Assembly (NCBI RefSeq): GCF_003945235.1
Contig: NZ_RSDW01000001.1
Location: 5,160,001-5,192,000, forward strand
Origin: Edaphobacter aggregans
GTDB taxonomy: Bacteria > Acidobacteriota > Terriglobia > Terriglobales > Acidobacteriaceae
Direction of reading: 5' to 3'
Length of the DNA: 32,000 bases
In this document: positions 13,833 through 23,300 of the stretch, piece by piece
How positions within the stretch are numbered: position 1 is the first letter of the stretch
Layout: every line of letters begins with the position of its first letter
Notes under the pieces: generated by a model
Seen by the model: the letters and a program-made list of their open reading frames with translations, nothing else
Databases searched by the model: none
Told to the model about the DNA's origin: nothing
Program-made: the position numbers and the translations under genes

Positions 13833-15605
13833 ATGGGGCGGCCGGAGTTTAGACTGGATTGGATGTCGGCCACTCTCCATTTCGGAGCAAGGGTGAAGTT
13901 CGGTCTGTTCGTTTGCACAATTGTTCTGCTCAGTTCACCCTTCGTCGATTGTTTCGCACAGAGTGCTGGTTGTAAGGACATGCTGGTTTTCCCTAGCCGG
14001 TACCTTGGGCCTTTGGGCTCGACCTATGTGCCAGTTGATAACTGGATCTATCCAGCGATGGTTCGCCTGCAGGGGCTTGGCTATGTCGATACGGCCTATC
14101 TTGGAATGCGCCCTTGGACTCGCTTGAGTATCGTAAATATGCTCGTTGAGACTGCGGGCAAGATTGCTGATGTTGACGACGATTCAGAAGCCTGCAAGAT
14201 CTTTCATGCTCTGCAACGGGAGCTGGAACCGGATGTGGAGCAGTTTAATGGGCCGCGCGAGCCGAATGTGCTGTTTGAGACTGCCTATACCCGGCCACTG
14301 GGTATCGCAGGCACGCCGCTGCGTAATAGCTTTCACCTTGGGCAAACCATCATCAATGACTATGGCAGGCCTTATGCAGAAGGCTTCAACAACATAACCG
14401 GCTTCAGCGGCCGCAGCGAGTATCGACGGTTTGCCCTGTATTTTCGTGGGGAATACCAGCATGCTCCCAGTACCGCAGGTTATTCCACCGAACTCAGCAC
14501 CTTGCTGTCGAACATCGATGGCATCTCGTTCGCGGATAATCCCAGGCAAGACACTATTCCCACTGGACCGATTCCTGCGGCAAATTACTTTCGGATCATC
14601 GAAGCGAACGCTTCTTATACCTGGGGGAACCACTCGTTTTCTTTTGGGAAGAACGATCATTGGCTTGGGCCTGCGAAGGGTGGCAGCTTTCTTTGGAGCA
14701 ACAACGCGGAGAATATCTATGCCTTTCAGATCGACCGCGTTGAACCTTTGCAAATTCCCCTTCTTTCTCGGCTCACGGGGCCATTCCGCTACCAATTTTT
14801 CGTGGGCAGCTTGAAAGGACACACTACGCCGAATGGTCCGTGGGTCCACGTTGAGAAGGTCAGCTTCAAGCCTACCGAGAACTTGGAATTCGGTTTTGCG
14901 CGATCCGTCATCTGGGGAGGGAAAGGCCATGTTCCGATTACGATTCATACCTTCTTGAGGAGTTTTTTCAGTCTCTCGAATGTTTCGCTGGACGAAAAGC
15001 TGTCTCGAGATGATCCGGGCGCGCGTTTTGGTTCCTTTGATTTTTCCTATCGCCTACCTTACCTGCGCAGATGGCTTACTTTGTATACCGATTCGTTTGC
15101 GCACGATGATGTCAATCCAATCAGTGCGCCTCGTCGCGCGGCCATTCGTCCGGGGATTTACCTGTCGCAGTTTCCGGGAGCGAGACATCTGGACTTTCGG
15201 GTAGAGGCGGCGAGCACGGATCCTCCGACGAGCAGAAGCAATGGCGGCGATTTTATTTATACAGAGCTTGTCCAAAAGCAGGGCTATACCAACAAAGGAT
15301 TCATCATGGGGGACTGGATTGGCCGCGAGTCAAAGGGTGGGCAGGCATGGCTCACGTACCATCTTTCGCCCGAGGAGCAGGTGCAGATTGAATATCGTAA
15401 TGCCAAAGCGGCGAAAGATTTTATTCCCGGTGGCACGACGCAGAATAGTTTTCTAATCTCCGGGGTCAAGAAGATTCACAAGGATTTTGAAGTGCAAAGT
15501 TGGTTGCAGTACGAACGGTGGAAGGCACCTGTTTACAAGCCAGGACTGCAAAGCAATACGAGCATTGCGGTGCAGATTACCTGGTTTCCGGATATCAAGA
15601 AGTGA
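13833..15605 (+). CDS. Capsule assembly Wzi-family outer-membrane beta-barrel protein
   Basis: The N-terminal helical motif VPVDNWIYPAMVRLQGLGYVDTAYLGMRPWTRLSIVNML is typical of Wzi-like proteins. A long beta-strand-rich body ends in an aromatic-rich C-terminus (..SIAVQITWFPDIKK). The true start may be ATG 13863 (MSATLHFGARVKFGLFVCTIVLL..). Confidence 0.7.
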   Translation: MGRPEFRLDWMSATLHFGARVKFGLFVCTIVLLSSPFVDCFAQSAGCKDMLVFPSRYLGPLGSTYVPVDNWIYPAMVRLQGLGYVDTAYLGMRPWTRLSIVNMLVETAGKIADVDDDSEACKIFHALQRELEPDVEQFNGPREPNVLFETAYTRPLGIAGTPLRNSFHLGQTIINDYGRPYAEGFNNITGFSGRSEYRRFALYFRGEYQHAPSTAGYSTELSTLLSNIDGISFADNPRQDTIPTGPIPAANYFRIIEANASYTWGNHSFSFGKNDHWLGPAKGGSFLWSNNAENIYAFQIDRVEPLQIPLLSRLTGPFRYQFFVGSLKGHTTPNGPWVHVEKVSFKPTENLEFGFARSVIWGGKGHVPITIHTFLRSFFSLSNVSLDEKLSRDDPGARFGSFDFSYRLPYLRRWLTLYTDSFAHDDVNPISAPRRAAIRPGIYLSQFPGARHLDFRVEAASTDPPTSRSNGGDFIYTELVQKQGYTNKGFIMGDWIGRESKGGQAWLTYHLSPEEQVQIEYRNAKAAKDFIPGGTTQNSFLISGVKKIHKDFEVQSWLQYERWKAPVYKPGLQSNTSIAVQITWFPDIKK

Positions 15606-15609
15606 TTTT

Positions 15610-15652
15610 ATTCCCACCCTTCGCAAAAAGCGCGAAGGATGTGCCACCCGCC
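15610..15652 (+). repeat. REP-like intergenic element, copy A
   Basis: attcccacccttcgcaaaaagcgcgaaggatgtgccacccgcc contains the hairpin CCTTCGC-aaaaagc-GCGAAGG. It aligns with 16685-16722 at about 33 of 40 positions with one indel. It lies between the convergent wzi-like and M48 genes. Confidence 0.7.
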
Positions 15653-15658
15653 TGCTTA

Positions 15659-15691
15659 TGAAAGAGAGGGTGGTGCCGGCGCAGAAGTAGC
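15659..15691 (+). repeat. Right copy of the 33-nt imperfect direct repeat (orphan P460-tail-like sequence)
   Basis: tgaaagagagggtggtgccggcgcagaagtagc is intergenic, 6 nt after REP-like copy A. Confidence 0.85.
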
Positions 15692-15714
15692 GCCTCAATC
15701 TGGACAACTGTTCC

Positions 15715-16551
15715 TCATTTTGTATTTGGGTGCAAAAAGGTTTCAGGCGCGTTTTTCTGCACGTTGAATGGAGTCGCAGATTTCTTATCGGAACTGAACT
15801 TGGAGAAGGTAGCGGGGTTGTCTTTGAAGTGCTTCTCTAGAGTTTGTATTCTCGTGCCATCGGCAGGGTGATCGGAGAGAAGCTGTGGGATCTGTGCGGC
15901 GTTCGCGTTCTGAAAATCTTGAAACAGCCATGTCAGGCCCCAAGGATTAAAACCTGCCGCTGCGCAAATATCCGAGCCAGTTACATCCGCGTTCGATTCG
16001 GCCTCACGCGAGTAACCGAGCGAGTGCAACCTGCCGAGTAGAGCGATTGCGATAAGGTGAGCTCGTGTCGGTCCCAGCAGTATTGCGGCTTCTATTTCGT
16101 GCCTTTGGATCCTCTTCTCTTTTTCCATGAGCGTAACGCCATCTCGATGGATCGTGTGAGAGACCTCGTGGCAAAGGGTTCCAGCCAACTCCTCTTTGTT
16201 CTTAACAAAGTACAGGAGAGAGTCCACTACATACACATTGCCGCCGGGCGTTGCGAACGCATTGGGTTGGGATTCATGGACAATAATGAATTTAAAAGGA
16301 TGAGGGTAGCGGGGCTGAGCCGCACGCGAGATCGCGTCCGCGATAGGTTTCAAACTCTCGTAGAGCGGAGAGGATTCGACGATCTCTCCCTTGGCCAACA
16401 ATTGTTTGTAAGCCTCAAGACCGAGTTCAGTTTCCTGATCCGACACTGGTTCGGGACGGGGAGCCTGCCCCAAGCTTGCGGTGCAGAGGGTGACAAGCAT
16501 CAGTCCTACCCGCAATCCGAGTTTCGAGACTTGTGACTTCGGCATTTTCAT
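15715..16551 (-). CDS. M48-family zinc metalloprotease (exported)
   Basis: HExxH motif in TLCHEVSHTIHRDG. The family block PNAFATPGGNVYVVDSLL lies upstream of it. The signal peptide is MKMPKSQVSKLGLRVGLMLVTLCTASLGQA, starting at ATG 16551. The ORF-track start at 16620 is an unsupported extension. Confidence 0.85.
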   Translation of the reverse strand: MKMPKSQVSKLGLRVGLMLVTLCTASLGQAPRPEPVSDQETELGLEAYKQLLAKGEIVESSPLYESLKPIADAISRAAQPRYPHPFKFIIVHESQPNAFATPGGNVYVVDSLLYFVKNKEELAGTLCHEVSHTIHRDGVTLMEKEKRIQRHEIEAAILLGPTRAHLIAIALLGRLHSLGYSREAESNADVTGSDICAAAGFNPWGLTWLFQDFQNANAAQIPQLLSDHPADGTRIQTLEKHFKDNPATFSKFSSDKKSATPFNVQKNAPETFLHPNTK

Positions 16552-16600
16552 CCGTGTCTCCGTCGAGAGTCCGTGCGTCTGACTGGTACTGAGTGGCAGG

Positions 16601-16630
16601 ACTGTAGATTGCAGTGCCAATGGTTGTCAA
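16601..16630 (-). promoter_or_regulatory. Sigma70-like promoter candidate for the M48 gene
   Basis: On the - strand: a perfect TTGACA (16630 to 16625), an 18-nt spacer, then TACAGT (16606 to 16601), about 50 nt upstream of the ATG. Confidence 0.35.
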
Positions 16631-16684
16631 TTATAAGGGCGGTCTTATGGCGAGATTAGGATATCGGTCTCACTGGCAGTTTAC

Positions 16685-16722
16685 ATTCCCACTCTTGGAA
16701 AAAGCGCGAAGGACGGGGCCCC
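16685..16722 (+). repeat. REP-like intergenic element, copy B (degenerate stem)
   Basis: attcccactcttggaaaaagcgcgaaggacggggcccc has the same orientation as copy A. The two copies bracket the M48 gene. Confidence 0.65.
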
Positions 16723-16798
16723 GAGGGCTGGTGAATTTCTAGTATGGACCGCCCGTCCCGCCGCCCTCCTGAACATCGGGTGCTCCTGCGGGTCATTA

Positions 16799-17182
16799 TC
16801 ATTTGCACATGTACAGGTCCTCGTTGCCGTCGACTAGCAAGCACACTTTTCCCCACATTATGCTTACCTCCGGGGTGTAGAAACCCGGTTTCGACATGTC
16901 GAGGCCAGGTTCTGGGAAGAACTCAATCACTCGATCGATCGTGATGTGGCCATCCAAGGGACCTACTTGCCATCTCCCCTGCGTGATCTTGGAGGAACCA
17001 TCCGGATCTTGTCGTGTTTGAACTGATGTGCCGTCTTTTCTCAGTTCTAAAGTGGTGACATAATTTGATCGCGAAAAGTGATAGGTCCCTGGAATCCAAG
17101 AGCTTGGGGCACCCGGGTAGCAGCCGGTTACCGAGATGCTCAATAGGCACATCAAGGCAGAGTGCAAGTATCTAAGTCGCAC
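16799..17182 (-). CDS. Small lipoprotein, hypothetical
   Basis: Lipobox-like SISVTGC after a hydrophobic leader. GTG start with GAGG 8 nt upstream. It lies 30 nt downstream of the M16 pair on the same strand. Confidence 0.55.
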   Translation of the reverse strand: MRLRYLHSALMCLLSISVTGCYPGAPSSWIPGTYHFSRSNYVTTLELRKDGTSVQTRQDPDGSSKITQGRWQVGPLDGHITIDRVIEFFPEPGLDMSKPGFYTPEVSIMWGKVCLLVDGNEDLYMCK

Positions 17183-17212
17183 GGGTCAGCCTCATCGTAA
17201 TGAATTGATGGC

Positions 17213-18703
17213 CTACTCGGCGGGTTTGGCGGGTGGGGGTGGGATGGTGATGTCGAGTGGGGTTACTTTGCCCAGGGCGTCTAGGGTGGGTTTGATCTCG
17301 GCCTGGTTGCCTACGACTACGATTCCTAGCTTGGACTGGTCTACGTACTTGTTGGCTACGCGGGTGATGTCGGCGGCGGTGACTTTTTCGATGCCGGTCT
17401 TGTACTTCTCGAGGAAGTCGGCGGGGTAGCCGTAGAAGGCCAGCGTGACCTGCTCGCCAAGGGTCTTCTCGGGGGAGTCGTAGTGGAAGATGAAGGAGTT
17501 GAGGAGCTGGTCCTTCGCTTTGGCCAACTCGGCCGGGGTGGGTGGGACGGTCTTGAGGCGGTTGACCTCTTCGAGCATCGCTTTGGTGGCGTCCACGGTC
17601 GAGGCGCTCTTGGTACCGGCGATGACGTAGAAGATGCCGGGGTGGTCGTAGGAGGCGCCGAAGCTGCCGTCGACCGAGTAGGCGAGGCCCAGCTTGGTGC
17701 GGACGTTCTGGACGACGCGGGAGCCGAAGCCGCCGGAGAAGATCTCGTTCATGACGCTGAGGGCGTAGTAGTCGGGGTTGCTGCGCTCGGTGCCGAGGCC
17801 GACAATGAGGACGTTGGACTGGTTGACATCATCCTTCTCGGCGAAGTTGACGCCGGGTTTGGGGTCGGTGAAGGTGAATTTTTCGGACTGGAAGGCTTGG
17901 CCGCGGGGAAGGTGCTCGAAGGCGGCTCGGAGCTTGGCTTCCATGGCGGCGGAGTCGAAGTCGCCGGAGACGGAGACGATCATGTTGTTGGGAACGACGG
18001 TGCGGTCGTGCCATGCCTTGAGGTCATCGAGGGTCACGGCGCCGATGGTGGCGTACTCGGGCTGGCGGGCGTAGGGGCTGGTGGGGCCATAGACGAGCTT
18101 GACGGCCTCGCGGATGGCTATGCCGCCGGCGTCGTCGTTGCGGCGGGAGATGCCGCTGGCGATCTGGCGCTTGCCCAGGGCGAGTTTGTCAGCCTTGAAG
18201 TTCGGGTTGAGGAGCAGGTCCATGGTGGAGGCGAAGACGGTGTCGAAGTCGCCTTTGAGGCTGGACCAGTGGACGGATGTGGACGCGGAACCGCCGGAGG
18301 TTTCGATGCTGGCGGCCTTGGCTTCGAGCTTGTCGTCTAGCTTATCGCCGTCGATGGTTGCAGTCCCGCTGGTACGCCAGGCATGGCCGTAGAGGGAGAC
18401 AAGGCCGATTTTGTCGGCGGGTTCATCCCGGCTGCCACCGCGGATGAGGATGCTTCCATTGATGAAGGGGAGCTCGTGGTCCTCTTGCAGGAAGATGACG
18501 AGGCCGTTGGAGAGCTCGATGCGCTTGGGCTGCGCGGGCTTGAAGGCGTGGAGCGGGGGGATGGGGATCTTCGTCCAAGGCTGGGCTGCCGCGGGCTTTT
18601 CTGCTGGTGCGGTTGCCGTTTGCGCCAAGGCTGCGGGCGCGGCGATTGCGATGCTCAGGGCAGAAGCGAGAACTGACGTCAATCCTTTTGCGAAATACTT
18701 CAC
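17213..18703 (-). CDS. M16-family (pitrilysin/insulinase) peptidase subunit, non-catalytic type
   Basis: M16 fold blocks with a signal peptide (..AIAAPAALAQ). The position of the zinc motif reads LYGHAWRTSG, so there is no HxxEH. Its start overlaps the stop of the upstream M16 gene by 4 bp. Confidence 0.85.
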   Translation of the reverse strand: MKYFAKGLTSVLASALSIAIAAPAALAQTATAPAEKPAAAQPWTKIPIPPLHAFKPAQPKRIELSNGLVIFLQEDHELPFINGSILIRGGSRDEPADKIGLVSLYGHAWRTSGTATIDGDKLDDKLEAKAASIETSGGSASTSVHWSSLKGDFDTVFASTMDLLLNPNFKADKLALGKRQIASGISRRNDDAGGIAIREAVKLVYGPTSPYARQPEYATIGAVTLDDLKAWHDRTVVPNNMIVSVSGDFDSAAMEAKLRAAFEHLPRGQAFQSEKFTFTDPKPGVNFAEKDDVNQSNVLIVGLGTERSNPDYYALSVMNEIFSGGFGSRVVQNVRTKLGLAYSVDGSFGASYDHPGIFYVIAGTKSASTVDATKAMLEEVNRLKTVPPTPAELAKAKDQLLNSFIFHYDSPEKTLGEQVTLAFYGYPADFLEKYKTGIEKVTAADITRVANKYVDQSKLGIVVVGNQAEIKPTLDALGKVTPLDITIPPPPAKPAE

Positions 18704-20232
18704 TCAGCACCTCCCGTGCTCGTGGCCGGTTTTTGCGGCTCTACGTATTCGATCCGTGCGCTGGTGCGATTGTTTTCAACGAAGATCTTGTTGGCGACGC
18801 GGCGGATGTCGGCTTTGGTGACGGCGTCGATCTGGTCGAGCTCGCGGAAGAGCTGACGCCAGTCGCCATAGCGTGTCTGGTACTCGGCTAGCTGGTGGGC
18901 GAGGCCGTCGTTGTCGGCGAGGCCGCGGAGAAGATCGGCGCGGGCGCGGGTCTTGAAGCGGGCGAGCTCTTCGTCGGTGATGTCCTCGTTCTTGAGGCGG
19001 TCGAGTTCCTTGTGGATGGCGGTGCGCATCTCCTCTGGGGTGTGGCCGGGGAGGGGAACCGCGTAGACGGCGAAGAGGCCGGGATACTTCTGGCCGGGGA
19101 ATCCGCTGAAGCCTTCAGCCGTGGCGGCAATCTTCTGGTCGCGAACGAGCGAGCGATAGAGGCGGGCGGTGCGGCCGTTGGAGAAGATGTCGGTGATGGC
19201 ATCGTAGACGGAGTCATCGGGGTCGCGATAGTCGGGACGGTGATAGCCCTCGATGTAGAAGGGCTGGGTGGCTTCCTTGATGACGACGGACTTTTCAGCG
19301 AACTGTGGGGGTTCGATGGTCGTCATGGGCTCGGGCTTGGGGCCGGCGGGGATCTTCGAGAAGTAACGCTCGAGGATGGGCATGGTTTCGCTGGCTTTCA
19401 CGTCGCCGACGACTGCGATGACCATGTTGGAAGGGACGTAGTATTTCTTGTGGAAGGCTTCGGCCTCGGTAGCGGAGACCTGGCTGATCTCGCTCTCCCA
19501 GCCGACGCCGGGGCGGCCGTAAGGATGGGCGATGTAGGCTGCGGCGAGGAACTGCTCGACCATGCGTCCGGTGGGAGAGGAGTCGGTGCGCATGCGGCGC
19601 TCTTCCTGGACGACATCACGCTCCTTGTAGAACTCGCGCTGGACGGGCTGGCCGATGCGCTGACTTTCAAGGTATGCCCAGAGCTCGAGACGGTTGGAGG
19701 GCATGCTCCAGAAATACTGGGTGGAGTCTTCGGCGGTGGAGGCGTTGATGCCGGTGGCGCCTTGCTGCTCGGCGATCTCGGAGAACTGGTTGGGGATGAC
19801 GAACTTCTGGGCTTCGGCCTGAGCGTCTTCAAAGGCCTTTTTCAGCTCGGCGAGTTTGGCGGGGTCCTGTCCGACGAGTTTGCGGAGTTCGGCGTCGTAG
19901 GCTGCATAGGCGATCTCAACTTTGGCGAGGGCTACCTTTTCGGCGGGGTAGTTGGTGGTGCCGATCTCCTGGGAGCCCTTGAAGGCCATGTGTTCGAACA
20001 TGTGAGCGAGGCCGCTGGCTCCCTGAGGGTCGTCGGCTGAACCGGCGTCGACGAGGGTGTAGAAGCTGAAGACGGGGGCTTCGGGCCGCTCGGAGATGAT
20101 GAGAGTGAGGCCGTTGGGCAGCACCTTGACCGTGGTTCGTTTCTCGAAGCTGGCCAGATCTTGTGCCGGAGCGCCAGAACACAAGGCCATTCCGAGCATA
20201 ACTGTAGCCGCTACTAAACTTCGTACTCGCAC
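18700..20232 (-). CDS. M16-family zinc metallopeptidase, catalytic subunit
   Basis: Inverted zinc motif HxxEH in GLAHMFEHMAFKGS. Signal peptide ..GMALCSGAPAQD. GTG start with GGAGG 8 nt upstream. Confidence 0.9.
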   Translation of the reverse strand: MRVRSLVAATVMLGMALCSGAPAQDLASFEKRTTVKVLPNGLTLIISERPEAPVFSFYTLVDAGSADDPQGASGLAHMFEHMAFKGSQEIGTTNYPAEKVALAKVEIAYAAYDAELRKLVGQDPAKLAELKKAFEDAQAEAQKFVIPNQFSEIAEQQGATGINASTAEDSTQYFWSMPSNRLELWAYLESQRIGQPVQREFYKERDVVQEERRMRTDSSPTGRMVEQFLAAAYIAHPYGRPGVGWESEISQVSATEAEAFHKKYYVPSNMVIAVVGDVKASETMPILERYFSKIPAGPKPEPMTTIEPPQFAEKSVVIKEATQPFYIEGYHRPDYRDPDDSVYDAITDIFSNGRTARLYRSLVRDQKIAATAEGFSGFPGQKYPGLFAVYAVPLPGHTPEEMRTAIHKELDRLKNEDITDEELARFKTRARADLLRGLADNDGLAHQLAEYQTRYGDWRQLFRELDQIDAVTKADIRRVANKIFVENNRTSARIEYVEPQKPATSTGGAE

Positions 20233-20336
20233 AGAACTACCTCCAGGGGATTACAGCCGGAAGACTTACTATACCGGAGCAGGAATAGGGTCTTCCCATT
20301 CGACGGAGAGATTTGAGAATAGCTGCAGTTTTAAGC

Positions 20337-20381
20337 AAAAAAAGCTCCCGGAGCGCTTTGTGCAACTTGGCGCTCCGGGAG
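20337..20381 (-). terminator. Intrinsic terminator downstream of the TonB-dependent receptor gene
   Basis: A perfect 12-bp stem, CTCCCGGAGCGC (20345-20356) / GCGCTCCGGGAG (20370-20381). On the - strand it is followed by CTTTTTTTGC. Confidence 0.85.
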
Positions 20382-20395
20382 GTTGGGAGGTTTAT

Positions 20396-23300
20396 TTAGA
20401 AGAGGATACGGCCGCCAACCTGGATGATGCGTTGGCTGCCACCACTACCGGTGATCTGGCCGTAGGTTGAGCTGTTCATCGCCGCCGACGGAGTGCCAAG
20501 GTTCACGAGGTTGAAGACGTTGGAGACCTCACCGCGGAACTGGAACTGGAGCGATTCGCGGATGTTGAAGCTGCGGAAGAGCGAAGCATCAACATTGCGA
20601 TAGCCCGGGACGTCAAGCTGCGCAGGGCGCTCGTTGCCGAGCAGACCGAGCGGGCCGACGCCAGCGCATCCGGCATCGGTTCCGGGACGGCAGTAGGCCG
20701 TTGTATCGAACCACTGCTTCATCTCGCCTACACGAGAGCTCTGAGGGAGCGTGTGAGGCGACTTGCCGGGGATGATGCTCGGGCGATTGTTGCCAAGGCC
20801 CGAGAAGTAGTTGTCGTTGCCGGTGGTTACGGTGAAGGGCTGGCCGCTGTTTGCCGTCCAGATACCGGTGACCGTCCAGCCATTGAGTGCGGTCCTGACC
20901 ACACGGTTATAGCCGTCGAAGTAGTCAGGCTTCCAGACGAAGGACATTGTCATCATGTTGCGACGATCCTGATCTGAACGCTGGCGGTACTCGAGTTGTG
21001 GGAAGTTGGCGTCTACAAAGGTACCGTTGAGGCCACTGGTGGCATCGAGCGTGTTGCTTTGCAGCGTCTTGCTCCAGGAGTAGTAGCCGCGCGCGCTAAC
21101 GCGATGCGTGAGGCGCTGCTCCAAGGTGACCTGAAGGCCGTTGTAGTTGGAGTTCTGGTTGGAGCGAATGACCCACACGTTGCTATACATGGGGTTCGCT
21201 GCCGAGTTACCGAACATGGAGTTAAGGGGGCGACGGTTATTGACCGTGGCGCTGCTGTTGGCGTAGCCGCAAGCCTTCGTCAAATCGGTGCAGCTTGCAC
21301 CGCTGGCGCCGGCCGCTGTGATGTTGAACTGCGGTCCGTTGATGTCGTTGTAGAGCGGTGTCTTGCGGTTGAACGAACCCACGTAGTAGACGCTCATCGC
21401 GAAGCTGTTGGTGAACTGTTGCTGGACGCCAAAGTTGAGCTGCATGGAGTAGGGCCAGCGATAGTTCGGATCCATCGTCACAACCTGGTTCAACGGCAGG
21501 AACGTTGCAGCGCTGTTCTTGTAGTCGAACATCAGTTGGGGATATGGATTTACGCCGCCCGGAAACTCGGTTGGATCGTTTGAGTAAGGATGGGTGAGTG
21601 AAGTGACCCGGGTGTATCCGCTATTACGGACAGCGAACGGGGCGTAGTTCGAGGGGAATTCCCACTCGTTGCCGGAGATACCGCCGAAGAACAGACCGGC
21701 AGCGCCGTGGAAGACGGTTCTACCATTGTTGAACGGATCATAGGCAAAACCCAGACGGGGCGAGACGTGGTTGAGGGGAGTGAATGCGCCACCGACCGGC
21801 ACGCCAGGATCGCCGGGGAAGAGCATACCAAGAGGAGCAAGTTTTGATGTGGTGCCGATAATGCTGACGTTCTGGAATGCATGTGACTGCACGCCGGGGC
21901 TGAAGTTCGACGTCATGTGCTGGGGATCGGTCGGCGCCTGCTGCCAGTCGTAGCGGATGCCGAGGTTGAGAGTCAGGTTGGTAAGGATGCGCCAGTCATC
22001 CTGGGCAAACGCGCCGAAGGAGTACCAGTTGGCATTTGCGTAGAGGCCGGTGTCCTGTCCCATGCCGGCGGGAACGCCCATCATGAAGTCAGAGAGACCG
22101 TTGGTGGTGCGGGCAAACTTCGCACCGTTCGTGGTGGAGAAGGTAAACGAGCCGTAGTTATTGAGTGAGGTGAGTTGGAAGTCCTTCTCTAGACCTGCTT
22201 CACCGCCGAAGTAAAGAGAGTGCTTTCCGCGGGTTGTGTTGAGCACGTCACGAACGTTGTAAACGTTGGCTCCAGCTTTGGGGCCAGTGATTGCCTGAGC
22301 GAGCGTGAAGCCTTGCACGCCACCTACGCTGATGTTTGGGAGTGAAGGTGCGCCTACAACGCCAAAATCCGAGCCAAAGTCGGCAAGGGTCTTCTTGGTG
22401 GGATCGCTGGTGACCGGGATACGTCCGCCATTCTGACGCGTGTAGTTGAGCCAGAACTGGTTGACGGTACGGGAGTTTATGGTCCAGACGTCGCCGAGGT
22501 TCGCATTCTGCTGTTTGTTGGCGTAGTTAGAGTACGACCATGCCTGAGTAAATCCGCCGAGGTTGTTGCGGATGCTGTAGTTGAGAAGGAAGTAACTGAG
22601 GCTGAGACGGTGCGAAGATGTGATCTGATGATCGGTCTTGATCAGATACTCTTCGTTCTGCTCGGGCGTTGCTTCGAGCACGCGATAGGTATACGGGGTA
22701 TCGCCTGTACGGAACGGCTGCTTAGTTTCCTTGCCTAAGGCGGTGGTAATGTACTTCACGATGTTGACGGCTGTCGGATCGAGGCTGCTTGTGGGAATCG
22801 TATTGTTTGCAAACGGCTGGCCAGTGGCAGGATTGCAGACCAGGAACTTGATGTTGGTGTTATCAGCGGTCGAGGGTGTATCCGTGCACTTTGTAATGTC
22901 CGACGGCATATTTTCGGAGAAATTGCCTGCGAGCTGGGCTGCGGACGGAAGATTACCGCTGTTTGTGGCGGTCGTTCTAAAGCGGTAGCCCGCGAAACTA
23001 CCAAAGAAGAAGTCTTTGTCGTGACGAATGGGACCGCCCAAGGTGGCGCCGAAACGGTGTAGATTGTATGGGCTCTTGACGGCGCCTGCTCCGGCATTGT
23101 GTGCCACCGCGTTGAAGTTTCTGTCACGGTAGAACTCGAAGGCCGAGCCATGGAAGCTGTTGGTGCCGCCCTTGGTGATGACGCTGACGACTGCCGCGGA
23201 GTAACGGCCGAGCTGAGCGCTGTAGTTGTTGGTGACGACGTTGAACTGACTGACCGCGTCAGGGTTGGGGATCTGGTTTCCGCTGTTGCGGAGACCCGTC

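Noticed and set aside
17483-20040. Long + strand ORFs (17483..18340, 18895..20040 and others) antisense to the M16 genes.
   Set aside because: Gly/Val/Ala/Asp-rich antisense translations of GC-rich genes. The - strand genes carry clear M16 motifs.
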